A program made the position numbers and the translations under genes. DNA of 63,726 bases, the filler included, from Lama guanicoe (lineage: Eukaryota): the NCBI GenBank assembly GCA_013239625.1. It is 197 parts of 197 records of this genome, joined end to end, with 100 filler letters (N's around TTAATTAATTAA, not from the genome) between each part and the next. Parts side by side here need not be neighbours in the genome. Positions count along the whole stretch, not along the records: positions 62,855 to 63,078 come from PNXV01041874.1; positions 63,179 to 63,402 come from PNXV01041875.1; positions 63,503 to 63,726 come from PNXV01041876.1; 194 more parts are not named here. The stretch is one strand, 5' to 3'. Of the stretch, positions 62,755 to 63,726 are shown in pieces. Numbering within the stretch: position 1 is the stretch's first letter; every line of letters begins with the position of its first letter. The notes under the pieces were generated by a model. The model was not told the DNA's origin and searched no databases. It was given only the letters and a program-made list of their open reading frames with translations.

Positions 62755-63726
62755 NNNNNNNNNNNNNNNNNNNNNNNNNNNNNNNNNNNNNNNNNNNNTT
62801 AATTAATTAANNNNNNNNNNNNNNNNNNNNNNNNNNNNNNNNNNNNNNNNNNNNAATGTACTTAGTATCTTCTTTAGTTGCACAACTAAATCTCAATGTC
62901 CTCATGAGTGGTTATTTTGTAATGTTTGTGTTCTGTAAAGTATAATTCCTGTATCACTCAGAAGCTGAGTGTTTAATGTGGTCACTTTGCGTTTAGATGC
63001 CTTATGTTTAAGCTTAGTGTTTACTGGGGAGCATCTGGTACTTAAACAGTTTCTGTGGTCAAAGTTGACTGAATATTTNNNNNNNNNNNNNNNNNNNNNN
63101 NNNNNNNNNNNNNNNNNNNNNNTTAATTAATTAANNNNNNNNNNNNNNNNNNNNNNNNNNNNNNNNNNNNNNNNNNNNAAAGAAAGAAAGAAGGAGGGAG
63201 GGAGGAAGGGAGGGAAAAAGAAAAAGACAGAATTCATCAAATTCATTTATGAGTTACTGGAACTATAAGCAAATCAAAGGTAGCATTTACTCCAAGGGTT
63301 AAAAAAAAATCTCTGGATCCATTTCTTGATATTATTAATGCAATAAACCTTAACCATTTCTGTCTTCTACATACTAATCCTTAATCACTTCCATGAATGT
63401 GTNNNNNNNNNNNNNNNNNNNNNNNNNNNNNNNNNNNNNNNNNNNNTTAATTAATTAANNNNNNNNNNNNNNNNNNNNNNNNNNNNNNNNNNNNNNNNNN
63501 NNGTAAATATAAACTTTAATTTGTCCCCCATTTTTTTCTTCTCAACTAACCTGACTACAGGATGACTCCCATGCTGTCCTCTGCTGGAGGTAGCCTGATC
63601 AAAAACACTGTAATTGCAGAAATGATTCTTCTTTTTATCTTCTGTGACACCTATGCCTTTCCCCTGCCTGACCATTAAAGGGAGTGGTTGCCTCCAGATG
63701 TATTATATGCAGGTCCAAATGGTAAA

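Larger units (their letters stand above)
1..63726. other. Artificial pseudo-scaffold of 197 size-sorted contigs (224 bp; one 222 bp) separated by 100-bp spacers
   Basis: Strict 324-bp period (starts 1, 325, 649 ... 4213, then 4535 ... 63503). Adjacent blocks are unrelated in GC content and repeat class. Lengths sum exactly to 63726. Confidence 0.99.

Noticed and set aside
269..63458. CRISPR array or regularly interspaced biological repeat (TTAATTAATTAA every 324 bp)
   Set aside because: The 12-mer is always embedded in exactly 44+44 N. The inserts are 224-bp mammalian DNA and there are no cas genes. It is a synthetic linker.
980..63675. The supplied 60-91 aa ORFs as a family of small proteins ending in 'LIN'
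   Set aside because: Most reach the length threshold only by translating N runs, and LIN/N is the spacer translation. Only those overlapping 20087, 21418 and 48599 have recognisable protein similarity, apart from decayed L1 frames.

Overview
This window is not a contiguous locus. It is an artificial concatenation of 197 unrelated short contigs (196 of 224 bp, one of 222 bp at 4213-4434), joined by 196 identical 100-bp spacers (N44-TTAATTAATTAA-N44). The arithmetic closes exactly: 197x224 - 2 + 196x100 = 63726. The real sequence (44,126 bp) is mammalian genomic DNA, most likely camelid, based on repeated tRNA-Ala-derived Vic-1-type SINEs and cetartiodactyl-type L1 ends. Most recognisable content is transposon debris: L1, L2, MIR, MaLR/ERV LTRs, Tigger, Charlie and MER5. 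Three coding exon fragments are recognisable: UNKL exon 1, an HSD17B6/RDH16-type first coding exon, and a CCDC144A/ANKRD26-like exon. Five pairs of near-identical contigs each share exactly 49 bp at both ends, the signature of de Bruijn graph bubbles. A heptamer-based satellite occurs in two contigs. Nearly all ORFs in the supplied track are artefacts of reading through N runs into the spacer's stop codons. I found no evidence of a novel multi-gene biological system, and adjacency between contigs has no biological meaning. Repeat family and gene names come from recalled sequences, not database searches.
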